Shown in pieces: positions 7,119 through 15,470 of a stretch of DNA of 26,036 nucleotides. The notes beneath the pieces were generated by a model, which saw only the letters and a list, made by a program, of their open reading frames with translations, was not told the origin of the DNA and did no database searches. This stretch comes from a virus. Lineage: Duplodnaviria > Caudoviricetes. Numbering within the stretch: position 1 is the first letter of the stretch; every line of letters starts with the position of its first letter. Where the stretch lies: the IMG/VR virus record IMGVR_UViG_3300037309_000191, positions 1 through 26,036 of that record; one strand, written 5' to 3'. The translations under genes were made by a program, and so were the position numbers.

Positions 7119-8375
7119 TCAGCGCGCGGGAGTGTCATCCCGGTATCTGGCGAGACGCGTGTCATTGCGATCCAGCCGATGGTAGCTGTTCAGGTAGACC
7201 TCGCCGTTCCGGGTCACCTTCAGGAGCATCAGCCAGGGCGCGCCATCGACGATGGCGGTGATGCGCCACTTGCCGTTGGCGCTGCGGCTGAACCCATCCG
7301 GCGCCTGCAGGATCCTCTCCACCAGGTCGTAGTCGGCCACTGTCACACCGTGCCTTGCCGCCATCTTCGGCGCGTCCGCGCCGGTCAGCTCGATCACGGT
7401 GGCGGCGGGCACGCCGAGCCGCTCCGCGGCCGCGGCGTCCAGCACGGCGACGGGGGCGCGCAGGCGCTGCCAGGCGCGCTGCGCCTCCGTCGGCACGTCC
7501 GGCCAGGGATGGGGCATGGCCAGCGTGTTGCCGGCGATCGCCGTGAACTCTGGCGTCGCACGCATGGCCCGCACGATCGTGCGGGCGGCCCACACCCGAT
7601 CCTCATCGGTCGCCTCCGGCCGCGCGGCCGCCCGGATCGCGCGGCGCCGCTCGGCCGCCGCCACGATCTCCCGGGTCCGGCCGGGATTGCGCTGCCAGCC
7701 GGGATCGATGCCGTCCGGCACCCGTTGGGTGCGGCCGGTCCGCTTGTCGCGCCAGATCCGGACCGGGTCCCGGGGCCGCACGCGGTCGCGCGGATCGGCC
7801 CGCTCGTAGCGGTCCGGCCCCACCTGCTCGACCCGGCATTGGCACATCCAGCCGTTCGGCGGGAAATGCGTGCGCCACCAGGGATCGTCCACCGGCAGGA
7901 TCGTGCCGACCCAGCGCAGGTGCTCGTCGCGGGGGTCCTTTGCCAGGCTCTTCTTGTAGAGCAGATAGGGCAGGACCCGCTTCGTCTCCTGGATGCGCGT
8001 CCATTCGCCGGCCGCATGCGCCGAGGCGACATTCGCCCAGTAGATCGTCTTGAGCCGTCTGACCGATCCGAGCTGGACCAGCTCCTTCTCGCCGCTCGGA
8101 CCGCGCACGATCTTCCGGCCCCACCAGCCCTTCTGCTGCAGGACCGGCGTCAGCTGCTTCTGGAAGTCGTCGAAGGAAACGCCGTCGACAACGGCGCGCC
8201 GCACCGCCGCGCGCAGGTCCTCGATGACGTCGAAGCCGGCGGTGCGGGCGACGGTGAAGGCGAGCGCATGCTCGTGCGCGGCCATGTCGGTCCAACGCCA
8301 GGCGGTCCGGATGCCGCGCCGCTCGAAATAATCGATGACGGCCTTGGGCGGCCGCTTGAACAGGTCCTCAGCCAT
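7119..8375 (-). CDS. gpF: MuF (gpF) minor head protein with C-terminal extension (possible BECR-type nuclease fold)
   Basis: AFTVA...F..F.K.L.P.LQQKGWWG...RRLKTIYWAN...PYLLY...PRDEHLRW.G..LPVDDPWW..HFPPNGWMCQC...GIDPGW..NPG, followed by about 180 aa ending H...LLKVTRNGEVYLNSYHR. Confidence 0.9.
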   Translation of the reverse strand: MAEDLFKRPPKAVIDYFERRGIRTAWRWTDMAAHEHALAFTVARTAGFDVIEDLRAAVRRAVVDGVSFDDFQKQLTPVLQQKGWWGRKIVRGPSGEKELVQLGSVRRLKTIYWANVASAHAAGEWTRIQETKRVLPYLLYKKSLAKDPRDEHLRWVGTILPVDDPWWRTHFPPNGWMCQCRVEQVGPDRYERADPRDRVRPRDPVRIWRDKRTGRTQRVPDGIDPGWQRNPGRTREIVAAAERRRAIRAAARPEATDEDRVWAARTIVRAMRATPEFTAIAGNTLAMPHPWPDVPTEAQRAWQRLRAPVAVLDAAAAERLGVPAATVIELTGADAPKMAARHGVTVADYDLVERILQAPDGFSRSANGKWRITAIVDGAPWLMLLKVTRNGEVYLNSYHRLDRNDTRLARYRDDTPAR

Positions 8376-10095
8376 CGGCCGCCGCCGGAGCGCGCGCGTC
8401 GAGATCGACGCCGGCCTGCCCGAGGCCGCGGGCGATCAATTGCGCGATGGCGAGCCGGTCGGCCAGGCGATCGATCGGCAAGCTGGCGCCGAGCGCCACC
8501 AGGCGCCGGTCCAGGTCCTCGAAATCGCTCGCCGCCGCGAACGCCTCTTCGAGCGCGTCGCGAACGGGGTCCATGACCCGTTCGAACCGTTCGGCCTCGG
8601 CCTCGACGAGCATCTCCAGCAGGTCCGGCGCCGCGTCGACGCGCTCGGCCGACAGCGTCGCGCGGGCCGTCGTGCCGCAGCCCGGGCAGCGGGCGGGATC
8701 GAGCCGGTAGCGGCCGGGCTCGAGCGCGGCTCGCGCGCCGGCCGGAGCCGCATCGGCCGGGTCGGCGTCGTCATCTTGCGGATCGCCGTCACTGGGGCGG
8801 GCCGGCCGGTCGCGGCCCTCGCGGGCGCCGCCGGCGCCGCCTGACCCACTGGACTTCGGCACCATGACGGCCGCGCCGGCCGCAGGCTCGCGATGGCCGA
8901 TGCGATCGCGCACCTCCGCCTGCTCGATCAGCAGGCCGCGGTCGATCAACTCGCCGATCGCGCGGGCGTAGGCTGCGAGATCCTCGCGCTCCATCACCGG
9001 GAGCACCAGCGTCGGGTAGCGGTTGCGGGGGCGCGGTCCGTAGTTGAACGCGACCCAGGGCCGGATCACGTCGCGGTTGATGGTGACGGCGAGGTCGAAG
9101 GCGTCGTCTTCCTTGATGTCGATCCGGACCTTGTCGTGGATCGCAGCCTGCGCCTTCGAACTGCCGTCGTCGGCCGTCATGGTCTGGCCGATCACCACCT
9201 TGGACACAGCCTTGTCCACGTAGCTGGCCAGCCCCTCGAACGGCTTGTCGGAGAACCCCTTGGTCTCGACCAGCTCGATCTCCATCCCGCGCGGGATGAT
9301 CGCGGCCGCGTCGGAGCCCAGATCGCGCACCGCGCGGAGCAGCACGCGGCGGTCCTCCGCGGAAGCCTCCGGGCCATACTTGCCGAGCCGGAGCGGCATG
9401 CCGTGCACTTCGAGGAAGGCCGCCCAATCCTTCATGGTGAAGGACTTCAGCATGAAAGCCCAGGCGGCGATCCGGGCGAGGCCGTTGCGCGCGGGCAGGC
9501 CGGATTTGAGGCGCGGCACATGGACCGCGTATTTCGCGGGCGTCAGATCAAGCCCGTCCGGCGCGCCGACCGCGCGGACCTTCAAGGTCCGCCGCGTCTC
9601 CCGGTCGAACTGGAACAGGCGCGGATCGCGCCAGAGAAACTCCGCGATCGACCAGCGCCGGGCATCGGTCGCCCAGATCAGTTCGATGACGCTGTAGCCC
9701 TTGCCGAGACCGTCCAGCAGGTCGCCCACGAGATACCGGAACTCCGGCCGGGCGATCAGTTCGTCCTTGACCGCATCGGCGATCGCCACGTCCTCGGGGT
9801 CTTCCGACGCCGCCGCGACGAACGGCTCAATCGCCTTGATCGCGGTCTTGCGGGTGCCGAGCACCGAGCGGTACTGCCACTCGCGCTCTTCCATCTCCTC
9901 GGCAAGGGTCAGGAACTCGATCATCTCGCCGTCGGCCGCGTCGCGCAGCACGCGCGACAGCCGCGCCGGAGTGAGCCCCGGCGCCACCACCTCGTCGAAC
10001 AGGTGCCGGACGCCGGTCACGCTCGGCGTCACGGCCTCTTCGGTCAGGCCGCGGGACGGGATCGGGCGGCCATCGGGGCCGAGCAGCTGCGCCAT
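8368..10095 (-). CDS. Portal protein (Mu gp29 / DUF935)
   Basis: GLTPARL..LRDA..G...LAEEMEE...LLDGLGKGYSVIELIW...KDWAAFLEVHGMPLRLGKY...AIIPRGMEIE...SKVVIGQTMT; GGAGG RBS. Confidence 0.95.
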   Translation of the reverse strand: MAQLLGPDGRPIPSRGLTEEAVTPSVTGVRHLFDEVVAPGLTPARLSRVLRDAADGEMIEFLTLAEEMEEREWQYRSVLGTRKTAIKAIEPFVAAASEDPEDVAIADAVKDELIARPEFRYLVGDLLDGLGKGYSVIELIWATDARRWSIAEFLWRDPRLFQFDRETRRTLKVRAVGAPDGLDLTPAKYAVHVPRLKSGLPARNGLARIAAWAFMLKSFTMKDWAAFLEVHGMPLRLGKYGPEASAEDRRVLLRAVRDLGSDAAAIIPRGMEIELVETKGFSDKPFEGLASYVDKAVSKVVIGQTMTADDGSSKAQAAIHDKVRIDIKEDDAFDLAVTINRDVIRPWVAFNYGPRPRNRYPTLVLPVMEREDLAAYARAIGELIDRGLLIEQAEVRDRIGHREPAAGAAVMVPKSSGSGGAGGAREGRDRPARPSDGDPQDDDADPADAAPAGARAALEPGRYRLDPARCPGCGTTARATLSAERVDAAPDLLEMLVEAEAERFERVMDPVRDALEEAFAAASDFEDLDRRLVALGASLPIDRLADRLAIAQLIARGLGQAGVDLDARAPAAADG

Positions 10096-10148
10096 GTGTC
10101 ACCTCCGTATGTCTTGCGCGTTTGCCGGCCGTGGAGCCCTGACCTTGC

Positions 10149-11822
10149 TCACCAGAGGCCGTCGCTGCGGCCGGCGTCGCCATCGATGCCGTCCCGCTGC
10201 CGTTCAAGGTCCCAGCGGTCGCGGGCGCGGTCGGCCGGATCGGCGGCCGCCCCGCGCTTGCCGGCACCCGTGTAGCCGAAGGCCTCACGCGCGGTTCGGG
10301 TGGCGGCATAGGCGAGTGCGAGCGCCACGCCGGCGTCGCCATGGCGCAGCCCGCCGGACTGGCCCTTCGCGCGGAGCGCCGGCAGTGTGGCCACGCCCCG
10401 GATCACCCGGAAGCTGCGCAAATCCGAGGCGATGTCCTGGTCCCTGGGGATCGACAGGTCATCGTCCTCGAAGGCCTTCTTGAGCGGCGGCATCTCGGTC
10501 CGGTACCATTCGGTCGAGAGCTTGATCTCCAGCCCGCCATGGCGGTCGCGGAACCATTCCGCGAGCTGTGCGCCAAGGCCCGTGGCATCGACGAACCCGG
10601 CATATTGCCGCGGCAGACTGGAGGCGATGCTGCCGAGGATCTGCTGCTGCTGCTCGAACGGCAGCTTTTCCAGTTCCACGACGAGCGCCGTGCGCCGGCG
10701 CATCGTCCGCGCGATGGAGAGCACCCAGATCACCGTGAGGTCCCGATGGCGGCCGACGTCAACGCCGAGCGCATGGACGAGATGTGGATCGATCGCGTCG
10801 TCGAGGACCGGCCGCAAGGTCTGGTCGATCCAGGCGGCGATCTCCGCCTGGCGTTCGAGGGGCCGGCGCTGGCCGAAGGCCGCGGGCATGGCGAGGCGCA
10901 CGACCGCCGCCGCCGGATCCATGCGCGCCTCGATCAGCGCGTTCGGCAGGAACACGCCGGAGCCGGCGGACGGGATGCAGTAAAGCTCCTCGTCGACATT
11001 CTCCCGGTAGAGCCTGATGATGCCCTCGCGCCAGTCGGCCTCGCGGTCCGGCGTCCATGGGCCGGCCGCGCGCTCTTTCGGGACCACCTGGCAGATGCGC
11101 TCGTAGAGCCCGTCGAGCAGCGCCTCGTCGAGGTCGAAGCGCACATGGGCATAGCCCGTCTCGCCGGACAGCGTGTCGCGGACGAGCGCGTTGAAGGGGT
11201 TCGCCTCGCCGTTGTGGGTCGAGATGACCACGACCTTGCCGCCCCAGATCAGGAACGCCATGGCGGCCTTCATCAGCTCCGGCAGATCATCGACAAACGC
11301 CGCCTCGTCGATGATGGCAAGGCCCTGCCGGCCGCGGAGCGACCGGGGCCGCGACGACAGCGCCACGATCTCGTAGCCGGACGCGAAGCTGATCCGGAAG
11401 GCGAGAATGCCCTCATCCGAGCCATCGTCGAACAGGGTCTCCTCGACCGCCTCCGCGGCCTTTTCGAAGGCCATCGCCCACATGCCGGCGGCGTCGACGA
11501 ACTCGCGCGCCATGTCCTTCGACGTGCCCATGTAAAGCACGTCCATGCCGCCGTCGGCCCGGCCCGTGCCCGCCGTGAGCGCGGCATGGGCCGCCACGCC
11601 CCAGGTGGCGCCGGTGCGCCGGCTCTTCCAGCAGATCGTGACGGGATGGCGCGCCGTGCTTTCGGTGAGCCGGCGCTGGTAGCCCAGAAGCAGCGGCGCC
11701 GACAGCACGTCCGCCGGCGTGGCGCGACCGGTGAGCGTCCGGATCGCCGCCCATTCGTCGCGGCTGGGCCGGCGGCCTTCGGCGATCGCCGCGTCGAAGA
11801 TCTGGCGGGCCGGCGCGATCAT
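10149..11822 (-). CDS. Terminase large subunit (Mu gp28-like)
   Basis: LLGYQ Q-motif, Walker A KSRRTGAT, SLRGRQG..IIDEAAF Walker B, ISTHNG coupling motif, nuclease motifs GVDVGR..D and HGD. Confidence 0.95.
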   Translation of the reverse strand: MIAPARQIFDAAIAEGRRPSRDEWAAIRTLTGRATPADVLSAPLLLGYQRRLTESTARHPVTICWKSRRTGATWGVAAHAALTAGTGRADGGMDVLYMGTSKDMAREFVDAAGMWAMAFEKAAEAVEETLFDDGSDEGILAFRISFASGYEIVALSSRPRSLRGRQGLAIIDEAAFVDDLPELMKAAMAFLIWGGKVVVISTHNGEANPFNALVRDTLSGETGYAHVRFDLDEALLDGLYERICQVVPKERAAGPWTPDREADWREGIIRLYRENVDEELYCIPSAGSGVFLPNALIEARMDPAAAVVRLAMPAAFGQRRPLERQAEIAAWIDQTLRPVLDDAIDPHLVHALGVDVGRHRDLTVIWVLSIARTMRRRTALVVELEKLPFEQQQQILGSIASSLPRQYAGFVDATGLGAQLAEWFRDRHGGLEIKLSTEWYRTEMPPLKKAFEDDDLSIPRDQDIASDLRSFRVIRGVATLPALRAKGQSGGLRHGDAGVALALAYAATRTAREAFGYTGAGKRGAAADPADRARDRWDLERQRDGIDGDAGRSDGLW

Positions 11823-12415
11823 GGCGCGATGCCCAGCACCATGGTCTTGATCGCGTCGACCGTGTCGCGCGTCAGGCCCTTGGCGCGGGCCACGCTGTCC
11901 ACGGCTTCCGCGACCTTGGCGAAGTTCTTCTGGATCAGGGCCTTGGTGTCGGCCGTCACCTTCTTCGCCTGCTCCGCGCTCTTCAGCGCGAGGGCGAAGT
12001 TCGCCATCATCTCCGCGCTCATCGGCGTGGCCGCCATGGTCCCGCCGTTTTCGAGCGCCTCGAACACGATCGTCTTGATCGTTTCGCTCGCCATCAGCGT
12101 CAGGTCCTCGTCGCCGCCGTCCTCGAGCCGGGAGGCGAGCACGCTCGCGATCTCGCGGGTCTCGGCCAGGCGCTGGGCCAGCGTGGCGAGCCGCATCGAG
12201 CGCCGGTTGAAGGCCGAGAGCGAGATCTGCGGCGGGTCGGTGATGCCTTCGGCGAAGGCGAGCGTGCGCAGTTCCGCGTTGAAGGCCTCGTGGATCTCCA
12301 GCTGCGTCAGCTTGTTCTCGCGCAGCTTCGCATAGGCCGCCGTGACCGCCGGCGCCGCCCAGTCGGGCAGGAGCTCGATCGAGGACAGGCGGCCGCGGCC
12401 GCGCCGCGCCGCCAT
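11819..12415 (-). CDS. Terminase small subunit (Mu gp27 / DUF3486)
   Basis: GRGRLSSIELLP...ISLSAFNR...GLTRDTVDAIKTMVLG; ATGA-coupled to the large subunit. Confidence 0.85.
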   Translation of the reverse strand: MAARRGRGRLSSIELLPDWAAPAVTAAYAKLRENKLTQLEIHEAFNAELRTLAFAEGITDPPQISLSAFNRRSMRLATLAQRLAETREIASVLASRLEDGGDEDLTLMASETIKTIVFEALENGGTMAATPMSAEMMANFALALKSAEQAKKVTADTKALIQKNFAKVAEAVDSVARAKGLTRDTVDAIKTMVLGIAP

Positions 12416-12417
12416 GG

Positions 12418-12714
12418 TCAGATCTCCGGGCTCGGGCGCTTGACGCCCCGGATCACGATGCGGCGCTCGACATGGTCCCGCCCCTTGGCGGTCAGCGCCG
12501 CGACGGCGACCGAGCCCGCCTGCATCAGGCTGACGGCGCCCATCTGCTGCAGCCAGCCAAGCTCATCCTCGACCCAGTCGCGGGCCTTGGCGATGCCGAA
12601 GGTCTCGAGGGAGCGGCGCAGGAGCTCGCTGTTCAGCCGGCCGTCCGGCTGCGCGTCCAGCGCGCGCAGCATGATGAGGCGGGCCTCTTCCCGCATGATC
12701 GTGTCCATGCTCAT
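12418..12714 (-). CDS. Mu gp26-like winged-helix protein
   Basis: Start reset to ATG 12714 (ATGA overlap); EEARLIMLRAL...LGWLQQMGAV...ALTAKGRDHVERR..IRGVKRPSP. Confidence 0.85.
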   Translation of the reverse strand: MSMDTIMREEARLIMLRALDAQPDGRLNSELLRRSLETFGIAKARDWVEDELGWLQQMGAVSLMQAGSVAVAALTAKGRDHVERRIVIRGVKRPSPEI

Positions 12715-13049
12715 CGGGGCGCCCTTGCCTCGTCCATCAGGTAGTCCTGCATGCGGCTCGCCATGGCCGAGACCGGCTTCAGGCGCTCGTCCAGGATCTC
12801 GAAACGGCCTTCCAGCCGCGCGATCGCCATCTCCATGCGGTGGGCCGTGTTGCGGTCCGGCAGATGCTCGATCTGGCCCTCGGTCTTGGACACGCGATCC
12901 TCCAGGATCTCGATCTTCTTCGCCGCCGTCTCGAACCGTTCGACCGAGGTGAACTGGCCACGCAGCCAGTTGATCAGGATGAAGCTCGCGATGACGCCGC
13001 CAGTGGCCACGACGCTCAGCCATTCCTTGATGAAGCTGAGATCGCTCAT
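12711..13049 (-). CDS. Mu gp25-like (DUF2730-type) membrane-anchored coiled-coil protein
   Basis: Start ATG 13049; N-terminal hydrophobic helix, then RVSKTEGQIEHLP...HRMEMAIARLEG...YLM. Confidence 0.8.
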   Translation of the reverse strand: MSDLSFIKEWLSVVATGGVIASFILINWLRGQFTSVERFETAAKKIEILEDRVSKTEGQIEHLPDRNTAHRMEMAIARLEGRFEILDERLKPVSAMASRMQDYLMDEARAPR

Positions 13050-13060
13050 GCCGCGCCCCC

Positions 13061-13092
13061 GAAAGACCCCGGCCGGCGGAGGCCGGCCGGGG
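13061..13092 (-). terminator. Intrinsic-terminator-like hairpin after the lysis cassette
   Basis: 11-bp stem CCCCGGCCGGC (13067-13077) / GCCGGCCGGGG (13082-13092), 4-nt loop, followed by TCTTTC on the minus strand. Confidence 0.6.
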
Positions 13093-13159
13093 CAAGGCGG
13101 GGAAGAGAAACGCCCGTTCGGGCCTGGTGGGCGCAGGAGCGCCATGCCGTGTCCATCTG

Positions 13160-13456
13160 TCAGTCCCGTTCCGGCCGACCGGCGATCTGCCGGCAGGCCC
13201 GCTGTTGCCAGCCTTCCGCCGCGCAGACCGCGCGGCGGAGCTGGCCGTAATCGACGATCATGCGGCCGATCACGCTGCCGGGCGGCAGCGTGCGCAGCTC
13301 GTCCGCCGCCTGTCGCTGTGTGGCGGGCGCATAGCCGATGAGGGGCACGCGCGGGGCCTCGGCGGCGGGCGCCGGCGGCCGGTCAGAACCGGCCGTCTGA
13401 CAGCCGGCCAGCAGTGCCGTCGCGACCAGGATCGTTGCGCACCTCATCACCCGCAT
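13160..13456 (-). CDS. Outer-membrane spanin (Rz1-like lipoprotein)
   Basis: MRVMRCATILVATALLAGC lipobox; Pro-rich; 5' end overlaps the i-spanin gene in another frame; GGGAG RBS. Confidence 0.75.
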   Translation of the reverse strand: MRVMRCATILVATALLAGCQTAGSDRPPAPAAEAPRVPLIGYAPATQRQAADELRTLPPGSVIGRMIVDYGQLRRAVCAAEGWQQRACRQIAGRPERD

Positions 13457-13598
13457 CACGCTCCCGCCCCCGCGCTTGACGTTCGGCCGCGGCGTCCGCT
13501 TCGGCCTGCTCCGCCCGGCGCCGGGCAAGCTCGCCCCGGGCGTCGAGCCAGGACCACAGACGCGACAGCGCGGTGCGGACGAGGATCCACCAGCCCAT
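13383..13598 (-). CDS. Putative inner-membrane spanin (Rz-like)
   Basis: Short hydrophobic/amphipathic N-terminus, helical charged body, C-terminal RL.DG.F; lies between the holin and the lipoprotein gene. Confidence 0.6.
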   Translation of the reverse strand: MGWWILVRTALSRLWSWLDARGELARRRAEQAEADAAAERQARGRERDAGDEVRNDPGRDGTAGRLSDGRF

Positions 13599-13604
13599 CT
13601 TTCG

Positions 13605-13853
13605 TCAGGACTTGGGCGCGCCGCCCGGGCGGCTGATCGGCTGCCTGGCGACGACGCGGCCATAGATCGCGAGCGCCGCGCCGATCGCGACACCCGCCGC
13701 CGTCATGACCAGATCGAGCTGGCTGACCACGAAGGCCTGCGTGGCGGGATCGACATCGAGGCCGAAGAAGCCGGCGACGACGGCCGCGACCGTGACGAGG
13801 CTGCCGATGATCGACTTCGATTGCCACCAGGGCTTGTGGGGCTGCGTTTCCAT
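13605..13853 (-). CDS. Holin (two predicted transmembrane segments)
   Basis: Start ATG 13853 after GAGGAG; KPWWQSKSIIGSLV...TM...AIYGRVVA pattern; inside the lysis cassette. Confidence 0.75.
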   Translation of the reverse strand: METQPHKPWWQSKSIIGSLVTVAAVVAGFFGLDVDPATQAFVVSQLDLVMTAAGVAIGAALAIYGRVVARQPISRPGGAPKS

Positions 13854-13863
13854 GGGTTTCTCC

Positions 13864-14235
13864 TCAGGAGCCGGTCGGGGGAACAAACAGGCAGGCCGGA
13901 CGGCCGACGGGCGCGATGAGCGCTCCATCCGCCTGGCCGGCGCGGCGACAGACGTGGAAACGGCCATCCGGCGACGGCCGCGCCTCGCGGTAGGCCACGA
14001 CTTCGCCGGACGCGAGGCGCCAGCCGCCCGGACCGGCAACCGGCTCCGGCTCGCGGCCGCCCTCGCCCATCGGCCAGCAATCGCGGTCCGAACAGCATTC
14101 GAACGGATACCAGGAATGGGCGCGGGCCGGCGCGGTCAGCAGGGCGAGCGCGACCGCGAGTGTCGCGCTGAGCACCAGGGCGAGGAGGGGCGCGGCGAGC
14201 ACGAGCAGAACATCGCGGACGGGACGATCGTCCAT
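13864..14235 (-). CDS. Exported Cys-rich hypothetical protein (HSWYPxECCSxxDC type)
   Basis: TGATG-coupled to the endolysin; long hydrophobic leader ending APARA-H; mature part HSWYPFECCSDRDC...SPDGRFHVC...CLFVPP. Confidence 0.75.
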   Translation of the reverse strand: MDDRPVRDVLLVLAAPLLALVLSATLAVALALLTAPARAHSWYPFECCSDRDCWPMGEGGREPEPVAGPGGWRLASGEVVAYREARPSPDGRFHVCRRAGQADGALIAPVGRPACLFVPPTGS

Positions 14236-14909
14236 CACGCCCCCTTCCCGCGTTTCCACGCTGCGGTCTGCAAAGCGAGCAGGGTCTTGTGGTCGACGAT
14301 GCCGGTCGCGGGCTTGCCGAGGGCGGCCTGGGCGGCGCGCACCGCCCGCTCGGTCATGGGGCCGAAATCGCCATCGACCGCGACCGCATGGCCGAGGCCG
14401 GCGAGCGCGCGCTGCAGGTCCTGCACGCGCGGGCCGACGGACCCGATCACCAGATTGATCTCGTGCGGCAGCGGCTCTGCCGGCGCGGGCGCCGGCTTGG
14501 TTCCGGTCGCGGGCTGGTGGGTGCCGGCCGACCACGGCCGCTGGACATGGGGCCCATCGCGGAACGAGGTCCAGTCGCCGCCCCATTCGATCGCGATGCC
14601 CTTCTCCTTTGCCACGTCCTTCAGGATCGCGGCGACGCGCGCATAGGCCGGGAAGGCCCAGGTGAGCCGCCCCTTGACGAAGACGGCGAAGTCGAAGGCG
14701 TCGCCGGTCAGGTGCCGGGATTTCAGCGTGCGCGAGGCGCCCTGCTTCACGAGCGCACGCTGGCGCGCCAGGGTGCGCAGACCTTCCGTGATCTGGATCG
14801 TGGTGCCGGGCAGCGTGGTGGCGACCCGCGCGGCGCCGGCTTCGGCGACCGCGATGAGGTCGGGATGGACGCCCCTGAGGCGCTTCAGCGAGGCGGATGT
14901 AAGGGCCAT
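14235..14909 (-). CDS. Endolysin: M15 family L-Ala-D-Glu peptidase with C-terminal peptidoglycan-binding domain
   Basis: Start reset to ATG 14909 after GGAGG; LRGVHPDL...EGLRT..RQ..L...SRHLTGDAFD...WGGDW..F.DGPH; PG_binding_1-like GSVGPRVQDLQRAL...VDGDFGPMTERAVRAAQ...TGIVD. Confidence 0.92.
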   Translation of the reverse strand: MALTSASLKRLRGVHPDLIAVAEAGAARVATTLPGTTIQITEGLRTLARQRALVKQGASRTLKSRHLTGDAFDFAVFVKGRLTWAFPAYARVAAILKDVAKEKGIAIEWGGDWTSFRDGPHVQRPWSAGTHQPATGTKPAPAPAEPLPHEINLVIGSVGPRVQDLQRALAGLGHAVAVDGDFGPMTERAVRAAQAALGKPATGIVDHKTLLALQTAAWKRGKGA

Positions 14910-14934
14910 GGCAACCTCCGGGATGGCCCCGTGT

Positions 14935-14976
14935 GTGGCCGCGCGAAGCGCCGTGCGACAGGTGACAATTGTCACC
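14935..14976 (-). promoter_or_regulatory. Late promoter element upstream of the lysis cassette (Plys equivalent)
   Basis: 16-bp palindrome GGTGACAATTGTCACC (14961-14976) within the 20-mer shared with 6821-6840; GCCAC at the same 16-nt spacing. Confidence 0.75.
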
Positions 14977-15014
14977 GAGCGTTGGCCAAGGCCGTGTCCG
15001 TCAGGCCGCGCCCG

Positions 15015-15470
15015 TCAGGCCGCTTCGCCCCGGAACAGGTCGAGCTGCTGGGGGCTGCCCTCCCGGGCCCTGAGCCGGGCCTGGACCCAGAACACGAAGC
15101 GGCGCGAGACACCGGCGGCCGCGGCGATCTCATCGATCGGCAGCTGCGCGGCGAGGCCGGCCGCGATGATGGCGCGGCGCTGCTGCCGCTCCGCCGACCG
15201 TCCGCGCGTGCCCGCGATCGGCAGATCAAGATAGACCACCTGGCCGGCGCAGAGATAGGCGGTGATCAGGCGCGCGGTGGCAAGCCCGACCGCCTCGAGC
15301 AGCCAGGGATTATCCTCTGCCACCGGCCGCACATAGATCCGCTGTCCGCCGCGCGCCCGGGCCATCGCCAGCGCGGCCCTGAGCCCCGCCGCGGGATCGC
15401 CCGTGGCATCGGCCACGGCCGCCGCGATGTCGGCCAGCGCATCCGGCAGATGGCGGAACGGGTCGGTCAT
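15015..15470 (-). CDS. mor: Mor/C-family late transcription activator
   Basis: Start reset to ATG 15470 (ATGA overlap with gemA); LPDALADIA...AALAMARARGGQRIYV, C-terminal HTH IDEIAAAAGVSRRFV; position just before the lysis genes. Confidence 0.85.
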   Translation of the reverse strand: MTDPFRHLPDALADIAAAVADATGDPAAGLRAALAMARARGGQRIYVRPVAEDNPWLLEAVGLATARLITAYLCAGQVVYLDLPIAGTRGRSAERQQRRAIIAAGLAAQLPIDEIAAAAGVSRRFVFWVQARLRAREGSPQQLDLFRGEAA

